Shown here piece after piece: positions 10,552 to 22,212 of a stretch of DNA of 64,000 bases. The stretch covers positions 496,001 through 560,000 of the forward strand of contig ML978129.1 of NCBI GenBank assembly GCA_010015805.1. The letters run 5' to 3'. Position 1 is the first letter of the stretch; the number at the start of each line of letters is the position of its first letter. The position numbers were made by a program, and so were the translations under genes. Under the pieces are notes generated by a model, which worked only from the letters and a program-made list of their open reading frames with translations, had not been told where the DNA came from and searched no databases. This DNA is from Rhizodiscina lignyota. Its lineage: Eukaryota.

Positions 10552-13500
10552 CTAAGATCTGGACTGCGCAGCTTCTGCACGCTTCACAAGCGCGTCCCTT
10601 AGTGCCATCTTAACCTTCACTCTCTTTTTCTTCGCTGCCAAAATCTTTCCCACCTCATCCTCGCCCTCGGCGAACGCAACGCTGCGCTGTCCCGCCACTC
10701 CGTTCAAGCTCCGCGTACTCCTCTTCATCAACGGCGTGCTGTCCACACTACTGCTCTCCCACATCTTCGACATGCGGCTGCGCGTCATGCTCCCTGGTGT
10801 CGTCGGAGTCATGAACGGCGTCCCCTCACGGCTCGCCCGTCCACGACGCGGTGAACTATACAGTCCCGAGCTGCGCATGCTAGCGCTCAGAATCTGCGAC
10901 GCGCCCGGAGTTTCGCTCACTAAACCAAGCTTGCGCATCTGCGTCTCCAGCACATCGACATCCGCGCTCTTCTGCTTCACCACCTCCGTGACCTTCAACA
11001 CCGTGTTCGTGACAGCCTCCAAGGTGGGCGCCTTGCTACCTTTACTTAGCTTCGCCTTAAGCATGAGCACCGCATCCTCCGCCTCTGCTAAGAGCTTCTT
11101 AAACTCCGCCATCTTGGCGCGCACATCGGTCTGCAGCCTTACTGCCTCGGGCGGCAGCTCCTCGCTCCTCTTCTTGCGGAGCTTCTCCGGGTCACCCTTG
11201 GCCTCGATCCAGCGTCTTATATCGACAATCTTGCGTCTCAGGCCCTCTAGCTCGCGCTCGTTCGCGCGCAGTGCCTTCAGCTTCTCGCGCTTGTCAATGA
11301 TCTTGCCCTCGTCGAGTTCGCGACCTGCTTCGTCCATCAGCAGCCGGACGTCGAGCAAGTCTGCGAGCGGCCACCGCTCTTCCTCTTCAGTGTCCATGTT
11401 CTCACGCCACTCTCTCAAATCGCTCTTCTCTCTCTGGCCCTGGCCATTATTTTCAAATTCTGAAGCTTTTCGCTGGTTCCAGAGGATCCACTCCTCGAGA
11501 TGGCGCTGGTTGATACCGGCGGTGTCGACCATGTCGTTCACGTCGCGGTATATGTACTCCGTATTCTTACGGTTCGCCGTAGCAAGATCTTGATTGCCAA
11601 TTACCGGATCCGCGGTGGGATCGGCGTACCTTTGTTTTATTTCGAACGGCTTGAGGAACTGCGACGGCTTGAGGGGGGAGTCGAGGATCTCGCGGACGCG
11701 CTCGGCCTCGTGGTCTACAAGGTCTGTGGAGGTGGGAATTTCGACCGGTTCGCGGCCCGTCTGTGTCGAGGCAAGTTTCTGCTGCGGCTTGGCGGGTGGC
11801 GCTGCTTGTGATGTCTGGTTCGGTTGTGCGAATTGGACGCCATTGCGGAATAGAGACTGAGAGGGAAGACCAGGGGTGCCGCGAACCGCTGGTTGCGAGG
11901 CCGATCGAACGGGGCTGGGGGAACGGGGTGACTCTTTGGGTGCGGGTGGTGGGAAGAATGTGGACTTTGGAAAGCCGGCAGGAGTAGTCGACGGGATGTT
12001 CGATGCTTGCGGTAGTGGGAGGGGTTTCAAACTATCGGCAACCTTTGCTGCAGCGGGTGGCGTTCCAAACGCAGGTTTTGCGGGAGTCGCTGATGCACCT
12101 GCGCCGGGTGGAGCTTCGTGAAACCAGCTAGGCTTTTTGACGGTTGTTGGGTCAGGTGGTAGAGGAGCGTCGTCCACCACACTTCCATCATCCTCACTTG
12201 CACTTGGAGAGAGTGGAGAAGAAGGTGGCTGAACTTCTTCTGGAGAACTACCGGCTAGCGGTTCAGATTTGTCAGAGACTGCCGGTGTCTTGTCTTGCGG
12301 TGAACCGGGAATCGTTGGCAGTTTGGTTGGATCAACAGGACCTTGCGCTGGCGCTTTTGGTAGTGATGCTGGAGTAGTTGAAATATCTTGGAGATTTGGT
12401 TCATCGGTTCCAGGCTCCTTCTTGATCGGCGTAACAGGGTGCTGAGGCTTCTCCGTGGCCGCAAGTGCATCCCCAAAGGTGCCGCCGAACAAAGACGTGC
12501 CCGCTGGTTGATCCTTCTTCGGCTCTTCTGCTCTATCATCCTTGTTCGCTTGACTATCAGGCTTGAATGTGCTCCCGAGCTTGAATCCATCAAGTGAGCC
12601 CTGAGGCTTCTGTTCAACCGGTTTCTCCTGATCGTCACTCATCTTATCATCTGCATCATCCATTTCAGTTTCTTGCGCCGGAGCTGACGTAACAGGCGCC
12701 TTCTGGCCGAAGATTGAAGTCGACGGCTGCGCTGGCGTCCCGAACGATTGGTCTTTGCTTCCAAACAGGGACTGACCGCCCAGCGTTGAACCACCTGTGC
12801 TAGAGTCAACCGTCACAGTAGAACCAAAGCTGGGCTCGGTTTTCATACCGAAGCTTGGTGCAGACGTTGAAGGGACAGATGCAAAAGGAGAAGCAACGCC
12901 TTTGTTGTCGCCTCCTCCAATGCTAGAGAACGAGGACATGGCGGCGCCTTGTTTAGGCGCATAGTTCGAGAATGGAGACGCAGCAGCTGTGCCGCCTCCA
13001 CTAAAGGGGTTCGCGGGTTTGGTTTGGGTAGCAGGTGAGTCCGAGGTAGAGGCCGGAGTTCCCCAAAGTGACTTGCCAGCGTTTGCGAATGCTCCACCGC
13101 CACTACCACTGATAGGAGTAGACGAACCAAACGCTGGAGCTCCAAAGGCGGGAGCTCCAAAGGCAGGACGTCCGAATGTAGCACCACCGGTCTGTGGACT
13201 AGATGTGTTCGCCCCAGATGACCAGGGTGACTTCTTCATGCCAAGTGCGGAGGTGCCACCGAAAGCCGAGCCGCCCGGTGTACCAAACGCTGATGCTCCA
13301 AACGCTGGGTTGGCAGGTCTGGTAAAAGCATTCTGCGATTGTGTCGTTGCTGTGCTGCCTCCAAAAGGTGTGCTGGCAGCAGCAGGGCTAGTAAGAGCGG
13401 CAGCAGTCCCTTTTGCAGCAATGAGCTCTGGGTATGGCTGTTTTTGGCGAAGAGAGTCGTCATATACGATCCACCATGCGCACATGATGCCTTCATTGTT

Positions 13501-14822
13501 TAGTACCATCATAGCAGGTAGAGGTGTAGGTGACTTGTCCAGCTCATCTCCAATTGGCCGAGTAACTTTTTCTTCACTACTGAAATCGAGCGACATGCCA
13601 ATTGGAGACGTTTCGGACATATCGGACGGCGGGAGCTGAGCACGGCGAGAGTCTTCCTGGAACCCAGTATTTGTGAATTCGTTGGTAACCTGAGGAGGTT
13701 GTGCAGACAAAGCAGTTGTGGACCGTGAAAACATCCCAATGTCAGATGACGAAGTTGACGCGACAATTAGCAGATCTGTGAGGTCAGGGGGAAAAGAGCG
13801 CAGCCGCGAGATGAAATGATGCTGAGGGGCACGCTTCAGGCCAAATGGGGGGGAGGGATCGGATAGTTTCTGGAAAGTGTAATTCTGCGTGCCCTTTTCA
13901 CGACTGACATAGTGAAAGAATGATTCTGGTGCCATTATATCGGAGCCAGGATCTACAGGGGTGTGGACAACGATGAATTCGTCATTCGTGAGCCACACGA
14001 TCCTGGAGAGGTACAAGTCGCCCTGCACACCTGGCGGCCGAGGAATGGTAGCCTTGACGCTCTGGATGTCCATCTGGATTGCAGTGCCATCACCAAGACC
14101 AGCAACAAGCTGCTTTCCTCTGGTGCTCCATGCTACACTACTCACTCCTTCACGCAGAACTGGCGACCCATTTTGACCTTGTTGAAATTGGCGTGAGCTC
14201 AAGTCAGCCAACATCAGCTGTCCTTGATCCAACACAATGGCAAAGCCGTGTGCCAGTTCAGGAGCTGGATTAGGTGCTAGTGCTCTGACAGAAACGCCAT
14301 TTGTCGCAAGCTGAAAAGCAGACTCGGTCTTGCCTTGCATGAGCGCTTGCGTCTCATACACGGCCAGCCCGCCGCCATTCTCAGCGCAAATGACCAAGTA
14401 TGTGCCATCGGAAGAAAATGCGACTTGAGAGACGCGAGGGATGGGTATCGTGAGCTGCGGAGCAAAATTCTTTAGGTTGTCCTCGGCGGGTCCTTCCGCC
14501 TGGAACGCCTGCCGTACGCTGTCGGTGCTGGCGATGACCAAGTTGTCTGGACCTGCTGCTGCGACCAATCTCTTGGTGGAGGATATGCTGAGTAGTGTTG
14601 CAGTTGGAGGAGGAAGATTGTCGGAGGACCATGGCGTGGGGAGGAATCGTAGCTTTCTCTCGCCTGCCACTGAAAGGAATCCAACTTTCTGTGCAGGCAG
14701 TTAGCTTTCAAATTAAAAGAGATCAATTGCTGTCTCAAACACACGTCTGTTATGATATCTTGCAGCTGCGGACCTTGACGCGCCTGGACCGCACCGGCCG
14801 CGTTTCCAATGGCAAATGCCAT
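10552..14822 (-). CDS. NUP159: Nucleoporin Nup159/Nup214 homolog
   Basis: N-terminal beta-propeller (VAWSTRGKQLVAGL), central FG repeats (AFG, PAFG, SLFG) and C-terminal coiled coil. First exon MAFAIG...QDIITD spliced to the long ORF. Confidence 0.9.
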
Positions 14823-15319
14823 CTTGACCTTCAGCGAGTCTGGGCCAAGCTCTCTCAAGAGCGCGCTGGAGCTGCCTTCGAGATCTAGCGACTTGCGCTC
14901 GACATATGGGGTACCGGAAGAGCTGTGAGTGTGGATGCTCGAGAGAGAAGAGCGAGAGCGGAGCCGGGGCGGGCTCGGTCTGAAGAGATCGAGGTTGCGA
15001 CGAATGGTGTTGTGTGGGGATGGTGCTGCTGCTGCTCGGGGAGAAGAGCAGCGAGCCGCAAGAGGCGAGGACTGAGTGGAGGTATTGAGGATTGTGTTTG
15101 GCCTACTTTGTGGAGGCGTCGAGCTATTCCTTGGCATCTTGACGCGCCGCAGACGTGGACCTTCAGCCTGGAGCTTGAAGCACGAGCTCTCTCTCTCATC
15201 GCCTTCACCATCACCACCTCCTCCCCCTTGGCTCCTTCCGCACTCCAAATAACTCTAAAAGAACTTTCCTCCAGCTCGACAATCCTTCTTACAGTTTCAT
15301 ATCCGCACGAAAGCCCACG

Positions 15320-16250
15320 ATGCCTGGCTTCGACTTCTCCAACCACAACCGCAATGCAGCTCTGCATGCTCAAGGCGTGCCTCTTCCAAAGGCCACAAGT
15401 ACGGGCACAACAATTGTCGGCTGCTTGTTCGATGGCGGTGTAGTCATAGCAGCAGATACGCGAGCAACGAGCGGCCCCATAGTAGCAGACAAGGTAAGTG
15501 TCCATCTTCAATTATATGCTCTAAGACATCCTCCTGCATCCCCCGTTTGTCCCATTTGAGACGATGAGACGAACCTAACATTTGCGCTTCCAGAACTGTG
15601 AGAAACTGCACTATATCGCTCCTCAGATCTGGTGCGCAGGTGCTGGTACTGCCGCCGATACCGAATTCACGACCGCGCTCATCTCCTCAAACCTGGAACT
15701 GCACTCCCTCTCCACAGGCCGCAAGCCACGCGTCGTAACGTGCATGACGTTGCTGAAGCAGCACCTCTTCCGGTACCAAGGCTACATCGGCGCCTACCTC
15801 GTAGTCGCAGGCGTCGACCCAACCGGCTCTCATCTCTTCACTGTGCACGCGCACGGCAGCACCGACAAGCTCCCCTACGTGACCATGGGCTCCGGCTCGC
15901 TCGCCGCCATGAGTGTGTTCGAGTCAAGCTGGAAGACCGGGATCGACCGGGATGCAGCAGTTAAGCTGTGCGCGGAAGCCATCATGGCCGGTATCTTCAA
16001 CGACCTGGGCTCGGGCAGCAATGTTGACGTGTGCGTCATCACGGCTGACAAGACGACGCTACTGCGCAACTACATCAAGCCGAATGAGCGGGAGAAGAAG
16101 AAGCGGAACTACAAGTTTGCGCGGGGCACAACAGCCGTGTTGAACGAGAAGATCATCACGCGTGAGCAGATTAGCAAGTACATCACGGTGCATGAGCTGG
16201 AGGATGAGACTGTGACGGCGGCAGCGGAGAAGATGGACGTGGACACGTAG
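15320..16250 (+). CDS. PUP1: 20S proteasome beta-2 subunit
   Basis: [12 protein letters not shown] propeptide, TSTG|TTIVG catalytic Thr, [29 protein letters not shown]. One intron. Confidence 0.97.
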
Positions 16251-16566
16251 AAGGCTTGAAATGAGAAGTGTGGTTAGGGAGGAGATGCTCTACTGCCATT
16301 CTTGTATATTATGGCGTCTTAGATGGATTGCCGGAGTTGCGTTGCGCGGCGTCGCGCGGCGTCGGATCAGAATATACCAAGCATTGTGTTATAGCATCAA
16401 GGCTGAGTACATGTAATACTTTTATCCCGCACACCCACAGTGATGGCTCATGCCGAGCCTAGTGACCGCCCAACTCTAAATACTATACAGGCCAAACTCC
16501 TGACGCTTTTCGTCTGATCGAATGTTCGTAACAAAACAATTGCAATGCACCAATCCGCTGTCCATC

Positions 16567-18181
16567 TCACTTGCACCTCTTCTCCACAATGCCACTCCCA
16601 TGCTCCTGATACTCCTTCTGACTCACCCACATCTGATGGAAAGTTCCTAAGCTCGCTAGAATACTTCCGCCGATCCAGCCAGCAAACTTTCTCTCTGCAC
16701 TATTCCCAGGTGCGAATAACCTCACCCTCGGACCGGGGAACATGGTGTCGAGTTCGATGTTCAGGCGGCGCGTGAGGCCGTAGAAGAGGCTGCCGCTGCC
16801 AACCACGACAATGTTGTTGAGTAGGATGGGGCGCAGGTCGACGTCACATGCCTTTAGTGCAGCATCGATAAGGCCTGGAATGGTTTGAGAAGTCTGTGGG
16901 GCGGGGTTTTCAGCGTCCTAGGATATGTTAGTACTCCGAGTTCCAAGCGACAGGAACATGTGAGTTGGCATTTTACGAACCGTGTAAGCTGCTTTAGCGT
17001 CGAACAGGCCTTCCACGGCCCTGTATCGCTCGACGCCGAAAACTTGATTCCAGCCATCGGGCATCTCGAATGGTCGGCCAGGTTGACTCTTTGCAATATC
17101 CTCGTTCGTGCCATTGCTCAGTCTACCTGGTCCTTCCCATACTTGGACCACTGACTCTTTGAACTCCGTAAGGACCCTCTCTTCCTCCAGCCGCCTGAAC
17201 GAGTTGGTGAGTGTGAAGTCAAACTTCTTTAATATAGCCTGAGATGGTGCTCCGGCATCGACTGGCGTCTTCGTTACAACCGCATAGTGTGGCGTAATGC
17301 TCACCGGCGGCTGCTGCTGTGAGAACATGAGGCGAATCTGGTTGCTTATCCAATTCCCGCCCAACGAACTCTTCATAATACCCTTCTTCAGGATCATCCC
17401 ATCGCTCACGGGCGTGACGCTCGTATTCGATGCTCCAATATCAATCACCAGCGCACTCGCTTTGCCCGCCGAAAACGCCGCCAATACACCGCTCCTACCC
17501 GACCAGAAGGCCGGCACGCCCCAGTCTTCCATCGCGATCTCCATCGCCTTTTCTCTCGCTTTCGTAGGGTTCCAGCCGGGCTCGCTCATCAGCAGCGGCG
17601 CGTCGGCCAGCGGCCGCTCCATCTCCTCGGTCTCTTCCATCTCCACGTCGTCCGTGATGCCTGCAGCCTGGGCGTCCGCGCGCTCCTTTGTGCTGCGGTC
17701 GTTCAGCCCATTCCTGTTCGGAGGCGTGGCGCGCGGACCCGTCAGGCGCGTCGTGATGCTGTACTCCCACAGCTTTGCGGCCGTGTCCCAATCCTCGACG
17801 AGGCCGTCCTCGCCGTACGGGTTGCGGATCTCCAGACCATTATGCGGGTTGTGAATTCTGTTCTCGCCGAAGAGCAGGTCGGGCTCGTTAGGGATGACGC
17901 CGTAGAAGGTTGGCACGACGGATTTGGGTGTGTCTTCGCCAGCGAAGCCTGCGCGGATGGTGCAGGAGCCGGGGTCGAGGACGAGCGCAGATACTTCGTC
18001 TGTTGCCCAATTTAGCACGTTTCCTAAGTCTTCAATTGTATAATAGTATCATAGGGTAGAATGTTTCAATTTGAATGGGCGTAGCAAGCAGCCAGGGCAT
18101 GGAAGGACATGGGAGTTGTGGATATATACCTCCTCCGTACTCATTTGCGGTCGGCGCGGCGTATTGATTGGGTAGCGCCAT
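16567..18181 (-). CDS. ARP4: Actin-related protein 4 (NuA4/SWR1/INO80 subunit)
   Basis: [27 protein letters not shown] and [24 protein letters not shown]. Two introns. Confidence 0.95.
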
Positions 18182-18451
18182 TATTGCTCTTTATGCGACC
18201 ACGAATGGAGTGTTTGCTCAGAACTTCATGCGCGGGTGTGGGTGTAAAGAAGCCTGTCGGTGTTCACTTGCTGTTGCATCTTGTCGCGTTAAAGAGACGC
18301 GCAAAAATGCTACGGCCGACTGCAACGGAAATGCGGCCAATTGAAGTTACGACCTGTCCGTTGTCCTCTCTCACGCGACATCTTTCGCTATTGAGTCTTT
18401 CCGTCGTTTTCTTCCTCTTAGTCTCTCTTTTGCTTTTAATGGAGCGCCGAG

Positions 18452-20510
18452 ATGGATCTTTTACACTTTTTTCGGAAATTGTACTCATTAGACACGCTTG
18501 ATACGCGGTTTAACACCTCTTCAACTACGCCCCTGAAACCGGCAGCGACAGAACTCCAAAGCAATCCACCTCGGCCGTCACCAGCAGAAAACGTAAGCCA
18601 AGTGAAGCTAAGAGCAAGAGATGATACTGTCAGTGGAGTGCAGCCTTCAAGATGGAACACTCCAGAGTTTTATTTTTACTATCTTGTCCATCTCGTCGCC
18701 GTCCCGATGATGTTCAAGGTCACCATAGATGTCTCACAACGTATGAATCTCTCCTGCGTTGCTACTTCTGGACCCTACTAAGGCATTTCAGCATCGCACC
18801 CAAACTATGCAAAGTTCGAGCATTTGCTCTCTGATGGTTGGATTCTTGGGCATAAAGTGGTGTGCAGAGCTCTTGACCCGTGACAGATCCTGAACTAATA
18901 CAAACAAAGGACAACTCTGACCAGCAATATGCATCCTTCCGCAACAACATACCGTACATGCTTCTTGTTGTTATTCTTCATCCTCTTCTTCGCAGGCTGT
19001 ATGACTCATTCTGGCGAATCGATACGTACACGAATATCCGACCAAAATCTGGAAATGCCAACGGTCTTACTCATGGCCTTACCGCGCAAGCTGCAGCTGA
19101 TGCTCGTATGGAGCAACGGATATCCTACGACTTTGGTTTCGCTCTGCTTTTCATTGCGGCACTCCATGGCTTTTCAGCGCTCAAAGTCTTATTAATATTG
19201 TACATTAATTATCAGATCGCGACAGCCTTGCCGAAAAGATATGTGCCGCTGCTCACTTGGCTGTTCAACATTGGCATTCTTTTTGCAAACGAGCTTGGCC
19301 GAGGGTACCCATTTGCGAACGTCTTTGGCTTTCTTTCTGCTGCAGGTTTGCCAAATTGGGGTGAGACCTTCGACCGATTTGGTGGACTGGTACCGCGCTG
19401 GGATGTCTTATTCAACCTCACTGTTCTTCGCCTCATCAGTTTCAACTTCGACTACTACTGGAGCCTAGATAACCGAGGTGTCAGTCCAATCGAGGTAAGT
19501 TCTCTCCATGTCATGACGAAATCCCATCTAATGCGCAAAAGAAGAAACAGCTCGATCCTTCGAATCTCTCAGAGCGTGATCGCGTCTCCATTCCGGCACG
19601 CTCATCTGACTTCTCATTCCGCAACTATATCGCCTATGCACTTTACTCTGCTCTCTATCTTACCGGTCCTATTCTCACCTTCAACGACTACATTGCCCAA
19701 TCTCGCTACCGCGCCGCCAGTATCACGACGCAGCGCACCCTCCTCTACGGCATCCGCTTCCTCATTGTTCTGCTTACCATGGAACTAGTCCTGCATTTCA
19801 TCTACGCCGTCGCGATCTCCAAAGTCCAACCCGACTGGTCAGTCTACACACCATTCCAGCTCAGCATGCTCGGCTACTTCAACCTGCACATCATCTGGCT
19901 GAAGCTCCTAATTCCATGGCGGTTCTTCCGCCTCTGGGCGCTAATAGATGGCATCGACCCGCCGGAGAACATGGTGCGCTGCATGAGTGACAACTACTCC
20001 GCGCTCGCGTTCTGGCGCGGCTGGCACCGGAGCTTCAACCGCTGGATCGTGAGGTACATCTACATCCCGCTCGGCGGCAGCGGCGCTCCCGGACAGTCCA
20101 ACAAGATCAGGTCGATTGTCAATTTTCTTGCCGTATTCACGTTCGTGGCACTATGGCATGATATCAACCTACGCCTCCTCATGTGGGGCTGGCTCATCAC
20201 ACTCTTCGTGTTACCCGAAGTCATCGCGACGCTGCTCTTCCCGGCTCGTAAGTGGCGAGATCGTCCGAATGCATACAGAGTGCTTTGCGGGATCGGCGCT
20301 GTCGCGAACGTCCTCATGATGATGGCGGCGAATCTGGTTGGGTTTGCCCTGGGCCTAGACGGCCTGAAAGGGCTTGTTCAGGGAATTGTGGGTAGCACCG
20401 CAGGCGTTGTGTTTCTTGCGGGTGCATGCGGTGCATTGTTCGTCGGCGTGCAAGTCATGTTTGAAGTGCGAGAAGAGGAAAAGAGGCATGGGATCAAGAT
20501 GAAATGCTAG
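18452..20510 (+). CDS. GUP1: MBOAT-family O-acyltransferase Gup1
   Basis: LYSLDTLDTRF, DNSDQQYASFRNN, VLRLISFNFDYYW, PPENMVRCMSDNYS, FWRGWHRSFNRW, FVALWHD (catalytic His). Multi-exon. Confidence 0.95.
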
Positions 20511-20567
20511 CTTATCTACATTCCCACCTCAATCGACCCCACGCTTCAGTCACTCCTTATTCTTCCC

Positions 20568-21344
20568 CTAGCCGCTTCCTGCTAACGCCTCTGCCGCCTT
20601 AACAATGAACGCGACCGTCTCCCGTGGCTTACTCAGAAACGGCGAGTGGCTGGCCTGAACTTCTCCAGCAGTAAAATCGGCACCCCGCTCCCGCGCTGCT
20701 GCAATCATACCCTCCTGCACTTCTTTCGGAACACCCTGATCCAGAGTGCACACCAGAAACCACACCGGTACATCCATCCACCCCGCATACACACCTTGCC
20801 TGCCGCCTGGACCCTCAAGCGTCGCATCGCTCTGCAGCGTCATCTTATCCAGCCATTCATCCTGCTCTTCCTGCGGTAGATCGTTGTAGAAGTTCTTTCG
20901 GGCAACCTCGTGCGGAATGGTCGCCCAGCCGTTTGGATGAGACAGATGGAACCGTATAGGCGAAACGTCCATAAGCGCCTTACCAGTCTCCGGAAGGAAA
21001 GACACAATCTGGATGATCCCAATCACTTTGCCCCAGCCGTCTTGAAGACGGGAAGGATCTTTGCGGGTGAAACCCTTGACTGCGCTGCACCCGACGTATC
21101 CTCCAAGCGAATGGTTGACGACGAGCACATCGCGGCCTTTGGAGACTTCTGATTCGATGAGATTGGCGACAAGATCGATGTCTGGCTTGATAGATGACTG
21201 AGGTGATTCGGTATGGCAGAATGGAAGCGTCGGCACGAGGGTTTTGTAGCCGCGGGATTCGAGGAGGGGAGTTACGTGCAGATTCCAGCAGTCGGGGCCA
21301 TGCCAAGCGCCATGGACGAGGATGAGCGTCGGCTTGGAGGCCAT
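20568..21344 (-). CDS. Alpha/beta-hydrolase (Abhydrolase_6, methylesterase-like), 258 aa, intronless
   Basis: LVHGAWH oxyanion motif, NHSLGG nucleophile elbow, DQ acid residue, SHSPFL catalytic His. Confidence 0.88.
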   Translation of the reverse strand: MASKPTLILVHGAWHGPDCWNLHVTPLLESRGYKTLVPTLPFCHTESPQSSIKPDIDLVANLIESEVSKGRDVLVVNHSLGGYVGCSAVKGFTRKDPSRLQDGWGKVIGIIQIVSFLPETGKALMDVSPIRFHLSHPNGWATIPHEVARKNFYNDLPQEEQDEWLDKMTLQSDATLEGPGGRQGVYAGWMDVPVWFLVCTLDQGVPKEVQEGMIAAARERGADFTAGEVQASHSPFLSKPRETVAFIVKAAEALAGSG

Positions 21345-22212
21345 CTTTTATTGGGGAAAGATAGGAGAGGTAGAGATGAATCCAGGAATGTGTCGGCGAA
21401 GAAAATGATGTAGAAGAGAGAGCCAGTACTACTCGAGAAAAGCAATCGGATCTGATTACTGAATTTCGCAAGAGGGCACACAGTCATCGACGCTGATATG
21501 AAAGGAATTCTTTGAATTGAGATACTTTGAGGTAGGCCGTAGAGGGACAGGGGGAGCATAAATGAAAGGGACATGGTCTGACTAATATATCAAGCTAAAT
21601 GGATGAGATTTTCTGTTGTATACGAGCAGACTAATGTAGACGTGTACCTGACTGCAATCGGGAAACGCTAGTTGAATAATCAATGTTGGCATGAAGATTG
21701 TGGAGTGTGATGTCAGCCCCTCGGAAGAATATAAGGAATCTTGATCTCGCGGGTCGAATCGGATCTTATTGCGAGAGAGCGTCCTTCCAGTCGGGCAGGG
21801 AACTAAGTTACTTTAGTTGAGAGTATCAGAGGGAGTGCTCTCAAGTCTAAGCTTTATTATGTGAGTCTGTAAAGTAATAAATTAGTAGCAACATTATGCA
21901 CCAGGGTCTCTACAACCAACCAAAATGATATATCCTAGATAGCTTCATAGCTCACTCGAATCACACAGAGTATGCATAAGAATACTCCTTATACACGGAG
22001 TATTTATGCTGGATCAAGTTTGGCTGTGTACTGATCAATGGCAGTGGTGCTTCCCGGGAGTTCCATAGTGATTTAAATTCAGTCGATGGTCTCATAATCT
22101 TGACTATTATTCGCAACTGCAATATAATGTACAGTTATGTGCTAGAACTTCTTCCTTTGTCATAGAAGTCTATGCTTTTACAAGCAACGGGTATCTCAAA
22201 ACTCGTCTAGAT

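Noticed and set aside
21345..22212. AT-rich intergenic stretch as a possible RIP-degraded transposon
   Set aside because: No terminal repeats or transposase/RT remnants recognisable. It is compatible with an ordinary promoter plus terminator.
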